Origin: Hemiscyllium ocellatum
Lineage: Eukaryota
Length of the DNA stretch: 64,000 bases
Assembly: GCF_020745735.1 (NCBI RefSeq)
Contig: NW_026867863.1
Location: 800,504-864,503, forward strand
Direction: 5' to 3'
In this document: positions 50,245-64,000 of the stretch, piece by piece
How the letters are laid out: each line of letters opens with the position of its first letter
Position numbering within the stretch: position 1 is the first letter of the stretch
Position numbers and translations under genes: made by a program
Notes under the pieces: model-generated
The model's database searches: none
Told to the model about the DNA's origin: nothing
The model's input: only the letters and a program-made list of their open reading frames with translations

Positions 50245-50600
50245 GTGGCACACTGTTTCCGTGGTTAGCATTGCTACAACAAAGCACTTGGGACTCGGGT
50301 TCTATTCCATCCTCGGGTGACTGTCTGTGTGGAGTTTTCACATTCTCTCTGTGGCTGTGTGGGTTTGTTCGAAAGGTCTATAGATGTGCAAGCTGGGTAA
50401 ATTAGCCATGCTGTGTTCAGGGAGAAAGTGAGGTCCGCAGTTTCAGCATTCTGTGTTCAGGGATTGGCATGTTAGGTCCATTAGTCAGAGTTAAATGTAG
50501 AGTATTAGGGTAGAGCAATGAGCCTGGATGGTTACTTTTCAGAGTGTTGGTGTGGATATGTTGGGCCAAATGGCCTGTTTGCACACACTGTAGAATTTTG
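50245..50600 (+). mobile_element. HE1-like SINE
   Basis: Counterpart 10605-10895. Confidence 0.75.
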
Positions 50601-50945
50601 ATGAATGCGCATTTCCTTGGTTTGTATTTTGTAAAACCTCTCTGCTCTTCACTTGCAACCCAGTGAAAGTGTCAGTTGGTAAGATTTTAAAACAGTTACT
50701 GGGGTGGGATCAGCATGTTCTTCTTCCTAAATTATATGGTAATGGTAAAGATAGAGGGCATGTTTATGAAGAGGAAACATATAGATCATGATCAACATCT
50801 GTTAAGAAGTAAAAATAAACTCCAGTTATACTGTGGACTTCAGCAGGAGGATGCTGGAAAACGTTTACAAATGAAGATGCATTTGAGTAACTGATATGGA
50901 CAAATTAACAGAAACTAATGTGCTCAATTGATCTTTCTATCGTAG

Positions 50946-51251
50946 AGACACCGTCTCCCCCCACGCTTTATGGCCTGGTCTCCTCCTGTGAGGACCACAA
51001 CACCGGTTCTCCGATCTTTGGTTGTTTGGCAATGGACTATTACCCTGATGTAACCAAGGTAACCTGGAAGAAAGGTGGGGAGTTAATCACGACTGGATTG
51101 AAGACTTACCGATCAGTAAGAAACAAGAGTGGAACCTATACCCAGAGCAGCCAGTTAACCCTGCCCGGGTCAGCAGTAGATTGCCCCACCAAAATCTACT
51201 GTGAGGTTCAACACAACGGGTCACACAAGAGCAAAGAAATGCCATGTCCAG
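50946..51251 (+). CDS. IGHM: IgM CH1 exon, intact
   Basis: TCTTTCTATCGTAG|(E)[101 protein letters not shown]|GTAAGT; C1-set Cys/Trp intact. Confidence 0.95.
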
Positions 51252-51529
51252 GTAAGTGTTGTGGGAACTGAGATCAACAGAACATCTGTGATTAACATGA
51301 ATGAGGCATTATTGATAACCATTCTCACAGAAGGATTTTATACAGCACAGGAAAAGGCCCGTTGGTCCATCCAATCCACACCTAAAAATAACAGCCACCT
51401 AACTGTGCCAGTTTCATGTGCCAGCACTTGATCCGTTGCCTTGTGTGACATGCCTTTGCAAGTATGGATCTAAATATTTCATACATATTATGAGGGGCTC
51501 AATCTCTACATAACTTGTCAGCACTGAGC

Positions 51530-52680
51530 TCCAGACTCACATCACCCTCTGTTTGAGATTGTTTTGACTTGAGATCCATCCTAAAACTCCTGGCCTTGCC
51601 TTCACCCTGTGCCCCTGAGGCATTGATCTCTCCCTCAAGGGGATTGTTTTTGTCCAGTTCAGCCTGCCTGGAATTATTTGAGGTATAGACATCGCAATCA
51701 TCTTCTCCTTAATTCTCCTCTGCTGCAAGGATATCCCCCGTCTGTCTAATCTTTTCATAAATAAAATACTTCAACCCAGGCAAAATCCTTGCAAAGCTCA
51801 TTAATGCTGCTTTCAGCGTAATCAAATTCTGTCGATAGCATGCACACAGCACTTCAGTATGGCCTAATCAATGTGTTATTAAGTTCCAGCATCATCTCCC
51901 TACTCTTCATTGTCAATGTCTCACCTAAAATGAACAAATATCCTCCCGAACTTCCTCGCCTCTTTATCCATATGACGCATTAATATAGGGGATCAGTGGG
52001 TGCGAACACCAATGGCCCTCAGCTATTTCCAGGTTTCCACCATTCAAAACGTAATACCTCGCAGTTTCTTCTGCCGCAGTGCAATACTTTACTCTTATCT
52101 AGAGTGATTTCCATTTGCAACTTCTCTTCACATATAATCAATCCTTGTATGACGTCCTGCGCTCTAAAACTATCATGCTCATGACTTACCAACATGACAA
52201 TTTTCCTTTCATCTCCGAAGTTGCTGATTAACCTTCCTACATTCCATTCTCAATCATTGGTATATAAGAGAAACAGCAAGGAAATCAGCACTGATCCCTG
52301 CAGAACATCATGAGACATAGATTTACAGTCACGCAGACACCTTATGACCATTATCCTCTGCTCCCGACCACTCAGCCAATTCTCGATCCAATTTGGAAAT
52401 TTAACTCTGATCCTATTGGCTCTGATTATTGCTGTCATTTGGTCATTGATTTATCTGTCTGAAAACTACCACCAAATTGTTAAGATATGATTTTCTCTCA
52501 ATAAAACCATGCTGGAAGTTGTTGATTGATCTTGCAAATGAAGACAAATTCTGCTCCTCAATAGTTCCAATAGTTTCCCTACCACTGAGACTAGCTTGAA
52601 AGATCTGCATTTTCATTGTTTATCCCTTCCTTCCTCCTGCATAACAATGCAACGTTGACTGATCTGCACTCACATGTCAG
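51530..52680 (-). mobile_element. Degraded CR1 LINE in the intron after CH1
   Basis: NWIENWLSGREQRIMV..VLQGSVLISLLFLLYTND. Confidence 0.75.
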
Positions 52681-52751
52681 ACAGTAATTCTAAACCATTG
52701 TCAGCGACACAACTATTGCATCCTTTGCATCACTCAACAGCTTGTTTTATA

Positions 52752-53251
52752 NNNNNNNNNNNNNNNNNNNNNNNNNNNNNNNNNNNNNNNNNNNNNNNNN
52801 NNNNNNNNNNNNNNNNNNNNNNNNNNNNNNNNNNNNNNNNNNNNNNNNNNNNNNNNNNNNNNNNNNNNNNNNNNNNNNNNNNNNNNNNNNNNNNNNNNNN
52901 NNNNNNNNNNNNNNNNNNNNNNNNNNNNNNNNNNNNNNNNNNNNNNNNNNNNNNNNNNNNNNNNNNNNNNNNNNNNNNNNNNNNNNNNNNNNNNNNNNNN
53001 NNNNNNNNNNNNNNNNNNNNNNNNNNNNNNNNNNNNNNNNNNNNNNNNNNNNNNNNNNNNNNNNNNNNNNNNNNNNNNNNNNNNNNNNNNNNNNNNNNNN
53101 NNNNNNNNNNNNNNNNNNNNNNNNNNNNNNNNNNNNNNNNNNNNNNNNNNNNNNNNNNNNNNNNNNNNNNNNNNNNNNNNNNNNNNNNNNNNNNNNNNNN
53201 NNNNNNNNNNNNNNNNNNNNNNNNNNNNNNNNNNNNNNNNNNNNNNNNNNN
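52752..53251. other. Assembly gap, exactly 500 N
   Basis: Run of N. Confidence 1.
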
Positions 53252-56200
53252 AAAGCTACTCATAAATGTGAGTATTTAATGTCTACATTGGCAAATTTAA
53301 TTAATACTTATTGGAATCTATCTGCTAAACCTTTAGCAAAACTGAACCAGCAAACTGCTTAACTGTGCACACCCCCAACACAAAACTTTGCTGCCTCTCA
53401 TTGACTTTTCAAATGCACTGCTCCATTCCAAATAGCAGACCACCCTTTGTCATTCGTAGAAATTTGTTTCTGATGGATGTAAGTGGTTTTTCTGTACCTC
53501 CGTCATTTTTGGTGGACTCATATCAAGTTACACTTTGGAATTTGATAGTAAGGCCAAGATTGTTTATATTGATCCAGTTTCCCAGCCCTTCGTGTTCTTG
53601 AGAATTGGAATGGGACTGGGTTCTATCAGCCCTCTAAGGATAGGCTGCAGGGTCAATAGGTGGATAAGAGGTTGGAAGATGCCTGGGGAAGGAAGGAGAT
53701 TCAGTGCCTCCCTTATTACCACCTCTGTATCTCCGTAATATTTTATTGATCCCAAATTAGGGAACGGATAGCCACTCAGGTGGTCAATGTAGAGTCTGTT
53801 GCCGCCAATGCTGGCAGTTTACTTGCAGTAGGTGGGTCTTCCATTGTGTGAGTCCTCCTCCTGCATCCTAGATGCACGCCTGCAGGATGCCCCTGCTAAA
53901 GAAGTACCTCATGGCTCACAACAGGGTAGCCCATCTGCATACTTGAACAGTCTCCTGTCCATGGCAGCGATCATTACAGGAACTGGAAATCAAAGTAATT
54001 GAGTGAAAGATGCCGTGAGGCCTCGAGTGTCCACAACATTCCCAGGACCAGGTTGGCAGGCCCTCCTGAGGCCATTAATGATTCAACAAAATCCCCCATT
54101 TGGTTCATGGGCAACGGGGTAATCTTTCTCCGAGGAAGAGTATTGTGATTACTGCTGTTTCAGTGAAGAGTGGCCACGAGATAAAATCATTTGCATTCAG
54201 TGTTGTACACTTTTGTGTCTTTTTTTGTGAAATTCTTTATAATTCCTCGAAATATTCTTAATGCACTGTTTGCTTCATAGCATAGTGATTTTCTACATAG
54301 GATGACAGAGGGAATACAGAACAGAAACAGAGCATTTGGCTTAATCAGTTCATGTCAGTGGTTATGCTCCACTCAAGCTGTTTCAAATCTTTTGTCATCT
54401 TAGTCGCCCATTACAATTCTCTATTCCTATCCCTTCCAAGTGCTCACCTAGATTCTTTGAAATACATCTAAACTATTGATGTGAACTATTCTGTCTGGTC
54501 ACATATTCCCCATTCTGGTCATTCTTTCAGTGAGGAGGTTTCTTCTGAGGCACTGTCTTATATTTTCAGCCTCTAATTATATTCTACCCCATAGAGAAAT
54601 GTTTTCTTGGTACGTTCCCTTTTCAAAATCTTTCATATTTTTAGAACTGTCAGCCTTCTTTTCAAGAGAGAAGTGAACAGCACGACAATTATTCCCTGAT
54701 ATACACAGCCATAAACTTGTTTATCATTTTGTAAACCTTCTCTTCACTTCTTCTCGTACATTCTATAATGCGTCAACTGGAACTGCAGGCAATAACCTTA
54801 ATTGTAGTCAACCAATTTTTATAAGGACCCTACTTTCAAATCTATCACTTTAGAGATAAAGCTTAGAGCTTTGTTTGCATTTTTATGGTCTTTGGAACCA
54901 TTGATAAAATTGTTAGTGACTGATGTAATTGTCTTAGATCCCTTTGTTTGTCTCACTCACTTAAACGTGCATATTTGAACAAGACATAACACCTTACGTT
55001 TATGAGTGTGTGGTTATTCATTTGCTAATTATTTGGCCATACTGGAAGTTAATTATTGACAGGTTGCAACTTCTTGTATTCCTCAGAGTTGGCTATCTTT
55101 CAACATTCCTCGTCAAATTTGGTGTCTTTGAAATGCTAAACATTTTTGTAATAATTACAGACAATATTTAATTTGCAGTTTTACTTGGTTTTGATTTTTT
55201 GGCTTAAGTACCTAGAGAGGTGCAGTAATCTGCACAGTAAAGTAACAACGAAACGGAAAATGACAGACAGATAAAAATTATTACCAACACAGGGCTAATT
55301 AATAGGCTCTGTGAACTGCAAGAACAAAATAGGGAATTATTTTTACACGAATGATATGGAGAGATTATCCGTAGTGTAATTACTTTTTGATCATTTCTTT
55401 TGGTTGCATTTTATTTCCCCAGGTCTTTCTGTGCGACTGGTATCAAATTGAAAGGGCACCCACCCTCCATTTTAAACTAACTGATGGTAAAAAGAAATGA
55501 TTTACGAAGCCATCGCTCCAGGCTTATACATATCCGCAGCCACCTAGAGTAATGCATGGTGTGGCTGATTAGGCTGTGGCTGATTTCCCTGCAGCGTTGG
55601 AGGCTTAGGGGTGACTTTATAAATGTTCATCAAATCATGAGCGGCATGGAGACTGTGAATATAAAATTGCTCTTCCCTGGGGTGAGCAGAGTCTCACTTT
55701 AAACCTATGCTCGTGAGTGGAGGTTTAGGGTGAGAAGGGGAAACGATGAAAGTACCTTAGGAGTGACTTTTTCATGCAGAGGAGGGGGGTATTTGGAATG
55801 AACTGCCAGAGGAAGTGATGGAGGCTGTTGCAATTTCAACATTTAGAAAGCATCTGAATGTGTATATGAACAGGAAGGGTTTAGAGGGATATGGGCCAAG
55901 TACTGGCAAATGGGAATAGATTAGTTGAAGATATCCGGTCAACATGGACGAGTGAGACCAAACGTTTGTTTCCAAATTGTACATCTCTATGATTCTATGA
56001 CTCTACTCCTTTGCTGTTAATGTACCCGGAGAATCTCTTTGGATTATCTTTAACATTATCTACCAAGTCTTTCCCATTTTTCCTTTCATCACCTCCTCAC
56101 CTCCCTGTTTAGAATGCTCCTACATCTCTTGTACTCTTTGATATTCACTTGATCTCATTTATCTATGTCTATTATAAGAATCGTTCTTCTTCTTAACCAG

Positions 56201-59105
56201 AGCCTCAATATCTTTATTTCTCCAGTATTCCATCCTCTTACCAGCTTTACCTTGACTCTAACAGGATCATCAAGCCTCTAAACTCTTATTATCTCACTCC
56301 TAAAAGCCTCGCTCTTGCTGGCCATCTCTTTAGCTGCAGAAAGTCTACTCCAATCAACCTTTGAAAGTTTTTGTCTCATACTATCAAAATTTGCCCTAGC
56401 CCAATCAAGAACATTAACTTATATATAATACCAATCTTTTCTATTGGTATTTTACAACTAATTAAATTAATGTCCCGGCCCCAAACTGCTCCCCTACTAA
56501 CCCTTCAGTCACTTGCCCTGCCTGAAACCAGAGGTTTGCTCATTCTATGGTAGTTTCATCGGCATATTAATGAAGACAAATTCCTTCAACACTTAACGGT
56601 TTCCTCAGCATCCGAGCTCTTAAGATCATGCCTGTCCCACTTTATGTTTGGAAGGTTAAAATTTGCTGTTATTAAAATCCTAAAATTCTTACGTATACAT
56701 GAGATCTGTCAACATATTTGCTACTCAATTTCATTCAGACCACCAGGGGACTATTACAATAACATCAAATTAATTGTGCTTTCCTTATTTCTGAGTCTCA
56801 TCCACATAGGTTTACTGGACCATCCCTCACAAATACCTTCTGTTAGAAGAGCTCTAATACTTCACCACAATTAAAATTGCTTCCAATCTCCTTTTAACTC
56901 TTCCTACTTCTGCTGTACCTTTGATGGTGTGAGTTGCCCTTGAGGACTTCGAACATAAATTATTCAATTTACTGGTGATGGTTAGTACCTGAAAATAAAG
57001 ATACTATGCGTGACTTGGTGATGGGAAGTAAATATGTTACCTTGTGTGGAAGGAAGGTTCTGGATATAAACAACATTTTTGTAAATAAAACAAACTCCAT
57101 TCTGTCTGCTCAGTTTTTTTCGTACACTGGTTTACCTTCAGCATATTTTCCTTATATTTTGATTAGTTCAAATTCATCTCATCCGCTGTTTTATACTTGT
57201 CAGCGCTTTGTTAACGGGTGTTTGCTGTTTCACAATGTATGTCGCCTTATCGTGTACGCTCTGGGAATTCAGTATTTGTAGTGTTTGTTGTTTCAACCTG
57301 TGCCTTGGTCTATTAGGCAAAATTACAGAAAAATGTTAATAGCAATTTAAGTTAAAATGTTAGGATATCGGAAGAACAGCTAAGCGCTTCAAAATATAAC
57401 AGAGGGTTTTTGAGAAAAGACATGGAAAGCAGCAGGGTTTCCAGTCCGTTTGATCGCTGCCTTCCCTTATCGAAATCAACCTGTGATTTATCATTTTTGA
57501 GGATTGTTGTCCATTAATATTGGTGCATCAGATAGATCTCAGTCTCGAGCGGGTGTGACATGCCTCTTTGTTTTATGATGAACTCAGGGGTACATATAAT
57601 ATTAAGGGTGTAAATCCAAAGTGGTGCAGGAGCAGAGGATCCTCCGTTATATGTGCATAAATCAGTGAATGTACCATGACAGGTGGATGGAAGAACAATA
57701 AAACTTACTTCAAGTACGCTGTAATTATGTTAAACTGAAATAAAACAGTCGCTTGTCTCACCTGAAATAAAGCATCCAGTTTCAGAAGCCACATTTTTAA
57801 AATACGCAAATCTATGAGACAGGCTGCGTGCCGGATTCACAACACTGTTCCTGGGATGATGTACCTTACGGTTTCTGAGAAATTGGAACTGTTCCCCACT
57901 GCTGAACATGTGAATAGTTGCTATGATTGGTTCTCAATTCCATCTTGCGTCATATAGATTGCAACGGTTGAATATTTCTAGCACTTCTTGAGCTCTGCCT
58001 TGTCTGATCGACATCGACCACTGATTTATTATTTTTGAGGGCTTCTGTTCAGTAATATCCCTGAGTTAGAGAGACCTCAGTCTCTTTTCCTGGGATTTGA
58101 CAGATATGGTGTTTCAAATAGATCCCAGAAATTGTTCTCCGTGACATTTAAATGTGAGAAAAACCCCAGTTCTGAGAATTCGCTCTTGGATTGTGCACGT
58201 GTTGTTTCTGAATACCTGACTGAACGGTGACATTTTTGGCTGATGAATGTTTCGTTGGGTGTGTAAGGTGGTGATTTGTGCATAACTAATCCACGCTGTT
58301 GCAACTTTTGGAGTAAATTTAATTTAGACAATGTAGAGTAAAGTTTCAATCTCCGTTGCCTGCCTTTTATAGGCTTCTGGCGGATCAACGCTCCAAATTT
58401 GTATCATTATGTATATCAAGGCTGTGACCGTTAATGCGAAAGAGGAAAAGTTCTCTAATCATTTTGTTTCCGGTGTGTTCCACGAGGCATATCGTGATAA
58501 GTGGGCCACGTGGTGGCGCAGCATTCACCTAAATGACTGGATGAAACACAACCAAACAAAATAAGTGAAGGTATTTCGCTGGGAAAGGAGTGTGGGGACG
58601 TGAGAAAATGTGTTATTACTGACTGACCTTGAAGCAACAATTAAGCAAACTCAAGGTTAGTGCATATTCATTCGAGATTAATTAACCATTTTAGAAGGCA
58701 TTTTGTATCCAAAACGTTGATGTAAAAGATAACAGAAGCAAATACTGTGGCTGGATGCCGCATTGAGACAAGAACGCATGCGCTGTGAGCTGTGAACTTT
58801 CTGTGTATCTGTAACAGTCACCAGAAATGGAATACAATGGCTCATCACCATTTTGAATAATGAACAAATAAAAACAAAACAAATAGGCTTCAAACAAAGG
58901 GGAAGCTACAAGTTCTTTCAACCACAATCATTACAACGATATCAAAGGATATAATAGGAAAACCCATCAATAATTGTCTCAGTTACACGCTGATAAACTG
59001 AAGTGATCTCAGCAAGTGAACAGTCAGCAACAGGGCTGATTGTCGATATGGAATTCAGCGACCTTGTTATGCAGATCAGGAAAACCTACGGGGTCGACAA
59101 CTCAT

Positions 59106-59114
59106 TCACTTTAC
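59106..59114 (-). pseudogene. TM2 exon, duplicate
   Basis: Same as 9114-9122. Confidence 0.78.
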
Positions 59115-59253
59115 CTGGAAAAGGGAGATAAAACAATGATGCAGATGCTTATGGTCAGGAGCATTCAGATTCAATTTTTATTCAATGGCACACTTAGAGA
59201 TTTCACAAAACATATTCGGCTGCTTGGCGTGTGAAAGATGTTATTATTCTGAC

Positions 59254-59382
59254 ATTCACCAGAGTGGCAGCAGCGCTGTAAAAAGGTACTCAGGAAGAAT
59301 AGGGTGATGAATGTGGAAGCAGTTGTACAGATGTTGCTGTTATCATCTTCATAATCTTCAATCCAAGTGTGATCTATTGAAC
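59254..59382 (-). pseudogene. TM1 exon, duplicate, same frameshift
   Basis: Same translation as 9262-9390. Confidence 0.88.
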
Positions 59383-59952
59383 CTACGAATATAAAGACGA
59401 GAGAACACACTTAAATAGTTAATTGACCCAGTCCGATCTATCTGCATCTAAGTTATGTAATTAGAGACCATTACATGTTCAGGAAGTAGTCAGACATTTA
59501 TCAAACGTGACTCTGTTAGCTGTATCTATTAGAGCATTACTGATTCTCAGCAGGAACTTACAAATTCTAACTGCACATGTTCTTTCATCACTGACTGTCA
59601 GAACATTTCAAATTACTTTTTCTTTTAATCTATTATTGAAGAATATTATTATTTGAGGAATGGATATTAGGAACGAGTATCGTAATTATTTCCTTATATT
59701 TTAAATATAGGATGAGCCCCTCATAATACGTGTGAAGAATTTAGATCCATACTTGCAAAGGCAAGACACACAAGGCAATGGATCAAGTGCTGGCACATGA
59801 GACTGGAATAGTTAGGTGGCTGTTATTTATAGGATGGACCAAAGAGCTTTTTCCTGTGCTGTATAAGGCGAATCTTTTAAAAATGTTATAAATAATGCCT
59901 TACTCATGTTAATCACAGATGTTTTGTTTATCTAATTTACCACAACACTTAC

Positions 59953-60248
59953 CCTGACATGGCATTTCTTTGCTCTTGTGCGACCCGCTGTGTTAAACCA
60001 GTAGATTTTGCTGGGGTAATCTACTGTTGACCCGGGCAGGGTTAATTGGCTGCGCTGGGTGTAGGTTCCCTTGTTGTATACCACTGATGGGTAAGTCTTC
60101 AATCCAATCGTGATTAGCTCTCCACCTTTATTAAAGATTACCTTGGTTATTTCAGGGAAATAGTCCATCGCCAAACAACCAAAGATCACAGAACCGGTAT
60201 CGTGGTCATGACAGGACAAGAGCAGGCCATAAAGCGTGGGGGAGACGG
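59953..60248 (-). pseudogene. IGHM: CH1 pseudo-exon, duplicate
   Basis: Same lesions as 9961-10256. Confidence 0.92.
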
Positions 60249-63200
60249 GATAGAATGACCAATTGAGCACATTAGGTTCTGTTAATTTGTCCTTGTCAGT
60301 TACTCAAATGTATCCTCAGCTGTACAAGTTTGCCAGTATGCTCCTGCTGAAGTCTACAGCGTAACTGGAGTTTATTTTTGTTTCTTACCAGTTGTTGATC
60401 ATGCTGTATTGATTCCCTCTTCAGAAACAAGCCCTCTAACATGACCATTACCATAAGATTTATGAAGAAGAACATCCTGATCCCACTACCAGTAACTATT
60501 TGAAAATCTCACCAACTGACATTTTCACTGGGTTGCAAGTGAAGAACGGAGAGGTTTCACAAAATACAAACCAAGTAAATACGGATTCATCAAAATTCGA
60601 CAGTGTGTGCAAACAGGCCATTTGACCCAACAAGTCGACAACCACCCTTTGAAAAATAACCTATCCAGACACATTTCACCCTGACTAATGGACCTAACCT
60701 CCCAATCCCTAAATGCAACATGACGAAGTCACCCAGTTTGCACATGTTTGAACTTTGGGAGGAAACCCTGACAGACATGAGGAGAAAGTACAAACTCTTC
60801 ACAGACAATCAGCCGAGGCTGGAATCGAACAAGAGTCCCTACGACTGCGAGGCAGCAATGCTGACCACCGAACCAGCACGCCACCCCACTATGCACTGTG
60901 CAGCTGGAAATCACAAACAAAATTGCTTGGAATTGCTTGACAAACCCGAAAAGCTGGCAGTGTTTCTGGCGATAAATCCAAGTGAATGGTTCAGGTCCAG
61001 TGATCGTTGTTCATTTATCAAAACAAGGCAGAATGTCCTCTCTGGGAAGAAGGTCACTGCAGCAGCAGCACAGGCAGGAGCTGAGCACTGAGACTGGAGG
61101 ATGTCTGTCACTGCTGACCTCATGCCAATTGTCTGGAGGTTGAAACTTGTAATTTACAATTATCTGAAGTCTGGTGGCTTCTGAAAAATGGAGGACTCAT
61201 AAAGGTTCAGAGACTTTGGAGCATTTCAGCTAACTGAGCCGACAATGTACGTAAATCTGATTTGAAAAAATAAAAGTACTCTTTAACTTTAATAACTGTC
61301 AAACTGACACGCAGTTCACTACCAAAACTCTCATCTGTCACAGACAAACAACTGTTCTCCCTCCCTATCCAGACATGAATTTCCACACACATTGACAAAC
61401 CTTACCCTGTTACACACAATTCGTGGCCGGAGTACAGCACCCCTTTCACAAGAAACACATCCAAGGCAATCCATATCGGTAGGGTAGATGAGCAGAGATA
61501 TCCTTGCGTCCATGTACATAGATCCCTAAAAGTTGCCAGGCTCGTTGATAGGAATGTTAGGAAGTCATACTTTGAGTTGGCTTGCATTGGAAGAAGGGCT
61601 GAGATTCAAAACCATGACATCGTGCTGCAGCTGTACAAAAAACTGGTGTGGCCGTACTTGGAGTATTGTGGTCACCACATTATAGGAAGAATGTGGAAGC
61701 TTTGGAAAGAGTTCAGTGGAGGTTTAACAGAATGTTGTCTGGTGTGGAGGGAGGTTTAATGAGGAAAGGATGAGGGAATTGAGGTTGTTTTTGTTTGAGA
61801 GAACAAGGTTGCGAAGTGACTTAATTTAGACATATAAGACAATCAGAGGGTTCGATAGGGTGGATAGGGAGTCTTTTGTGATTTACACATGAAAGAAGTT
61901 AAACTATCACTGTATTCTAACAGATGAAATGCTTAACAGTCAATCAATTTTTCAATGTATAATTTCAGTTATGGCACACTGAAAAGTTTTGCTATAAGTT
62001 CTGTGTTACGATCGAGCACTCCACAATCACCTGATGAAGGAGCGTCGGTCCGAAAGCTAGTGTGCTTCCAATTAAACCTGCTGGACAATAACATGGTGTT
62101 GAGTGATTTTTAACTTTGCTTTCCTAGTATATGCTTATAGAGTTAAAATCGCCTATCATATCCATCCTATTATTCTTACATATAGCTGAGGTATCCTTAC
62201 ACGTTTGTTTCTCAATATCCCTCCATCTATTAGGGGGTCTAGAATACAAAACCAAAGCGCATAATCATCCCTTTCTTAATTCTCAGTTCCACACAAACAA
62301 CTTCCCTGGATGTATTTCCGGGAATATCCACCCTCAGCACAGCTGTAATGTTATCCCTTATCAAAAATATCAATCACCCTCCTCCCTTGCCCCCCTTTCT
62401 ATTCTTCCTGTAGCATTCGTATCCTGGAACATTAATCTTCCAGTCCTGACCATCCCTGAGCCATGTACCTGTGATTGCTATGATATCCCTGTCCCATGAT
62501 CCTAACCATGCACTGATTTCACCTGCCTTCCATGTTAGGCCCCTTGCAATGAAATAAACACTGTTTAATTTATTCGTCCTACTTTGTCCCTGCCTGCTCT
62601 GACTGTTTGACTCGCTTCTGTTTTCAATTGCACTAGTGCCAGATTGACCTCTTTCCTCACAATCTCCCTGGGTCACAACACCACCCCTCTCCCTACCTTA
62701 CTAGTTTAAATCCTTCCGTTCAGCTCTAGCAAATTTCCCGGTCAGAATATTGGTCCCATCCAATTTAGGTGCAATCCGTCCTTCTTGTCCATATCACTTC
62801 TAACCCAAAATAAATTCCAATGATCCAAAATTATGAATCCTTCTCCCATACACCAGCTGCTCAGACTCGCATTCATCTGCTCTATCCTCATATTCCTGCC
62901 GTCTGTAGCTCGTAGCATTGGGAATAATCCAGATATTACTACTTTCCAGGACCTCCTTTAATATTTTCTGCCTAACTCTCTGTAATCTCCCTTCATAATC
63001 TCAATCTTTTCCCTTCCTTTGTCCTTGGTTCCAAAGTGGACAATGTCCTCTTGCTGTCCCCTCTCCCCCATGAGAACTTTCTGCACTCTCTTTGAGACAT
63101 CATTGATCCTAGCACCGGGGAAACAACACACCATTCTGCTTTTTCGCTGCTGGTCACAGAAAGGTATCTCTGCACTCGGATTGCAGAATCCCTGAACACA

Positions 63201-64000
63201 ATTGATCTCTTTGAAGCCGATATAACCCTCATTGCATTAGACCTAGTCTCAATACCAGAAACTTGGCTGTTCGTCCTATGTTCCCCTGAGATTCCATCAC
63301 CCCCTACATTTTTCAAAACAGCATACCTGATTGAATCGGTACAACCACAAAAGACTCCTGCACTAGGTGCCTACCTATCTTACATTTCCTGGAGTTAACC
63401 CATCTATGTGACAGTATCTGAGACATCGCCCCTTCCTATAACTGCCATCCATGAGATACTGTTGCTTCTAACTGTCTCTCCAACCGATCCATTCGATCTG
63501 GTAAGATTCGCATCAAACAGGACCTATGACAGATATAATCTGCAATAATGCTTAATCTCTCTTTAAACTCCCACATCTGACAAGAAGCACATACCACTCT
63601 ATTAAAGCCAATTTTTACTCCTTCGTAAGTTACAGAGCCAGAAATTAATACAGTCTTATTCCTCGAGAAAACACTGCCCCACACAAACTTTAGCAATTCA
63701 AGTCAGTTGATGATGATTTGTTTCTCAAGGAAAAGCCTGACACTTCCACGCTTGTCTAGAGATGCAGATAATCACTGGAGGCATTGAAAAGTATTTACAC
63801 GAATTGCGAATGGTTTCTTTCTGTGTAGTTTGGCTTCTTTTTCTCTGAACAAACAGTGTTACTTCTTAATCATATTGTGGGAATGAAGATTGCCTCATTT
63901 TTTAAAGCAGAAATCACACATTATACTTCCCTGGAATAAAGAAATATAATCTAAACTTAATGGAATATGGTGATTGGGATGTTTAAATTGTAAGTTATCA

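Larger units (their letters stand above)
37818..51251 (+). pseudogene. IGHM: IgM-type heavy chain cluster B (L-VD-J-CH1, truncated by assembly gap), one nonsense codon in V
   Basis: Leader, V, RSSs, J and CH1 with GT/AG splice sites in matching phase; TAA at 38266-38268. Confidence 0.93.
53252..64000 (+). repeat. Copy 2 of the near-identical duplication of 3255-14005
   Basis: Begins at the gap edge and runs to the window end; includes all TE and exon remnants of copy 1. Confidence 0.98.

Noticed and set aside
52674-53362. Long ORFs in the ORF track
   Set aside because: Artefacts of translating the N gap
1-64000. CH2-CH4, secretory tail, free D segments, rRNA/tRNA genes, CRISPR arrays
   Set aside because: Looked for by eye and not found; tRNA-like boxes belong to SINE heads, and most short ORFs are TE fragments or chance

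Overview
Repeat-rich vertebrate genomic DNA. The Ig sequences and the SINE/CR1/Penelope-type repeats point to a shark, possibly an orectolobiform (recalled, not searched). The window holds two divergently oriented IgM-type heavy-chain clusters of the cartilaginous-fish L-V-(D)-J-C kind, with leader starts about 16.7 kb apart. Cluster A (minus strand, ~21075 to 9114) is a multiply disabled pseudogene whose CH1 is followed directly by TM1/TM2, with no CH2-CH4. Cluster B (plus strand, 37818 to at least 51251) has an intact leader, J and CH1 and one stop in V FR3; anything after CH1 is lost at a 500-N gap. In both clusters V is already fused to D-like sequence in the genome while the D 12-RSS and an unjoined J with its own RSS remain (VD-J germline-joined state). 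A (~9720-25200) and B (~33470-51500) are diverged inverted paralogs that share introns, flanks and old TE insertions. After the gap, 53252-64000 is a near-identical direct copy of 3255-14005 (allelic contig or very recent duplication). No rRNA, tRNA, CRISPR or other protein-coding gene is supported. TE coordinates are approximate.
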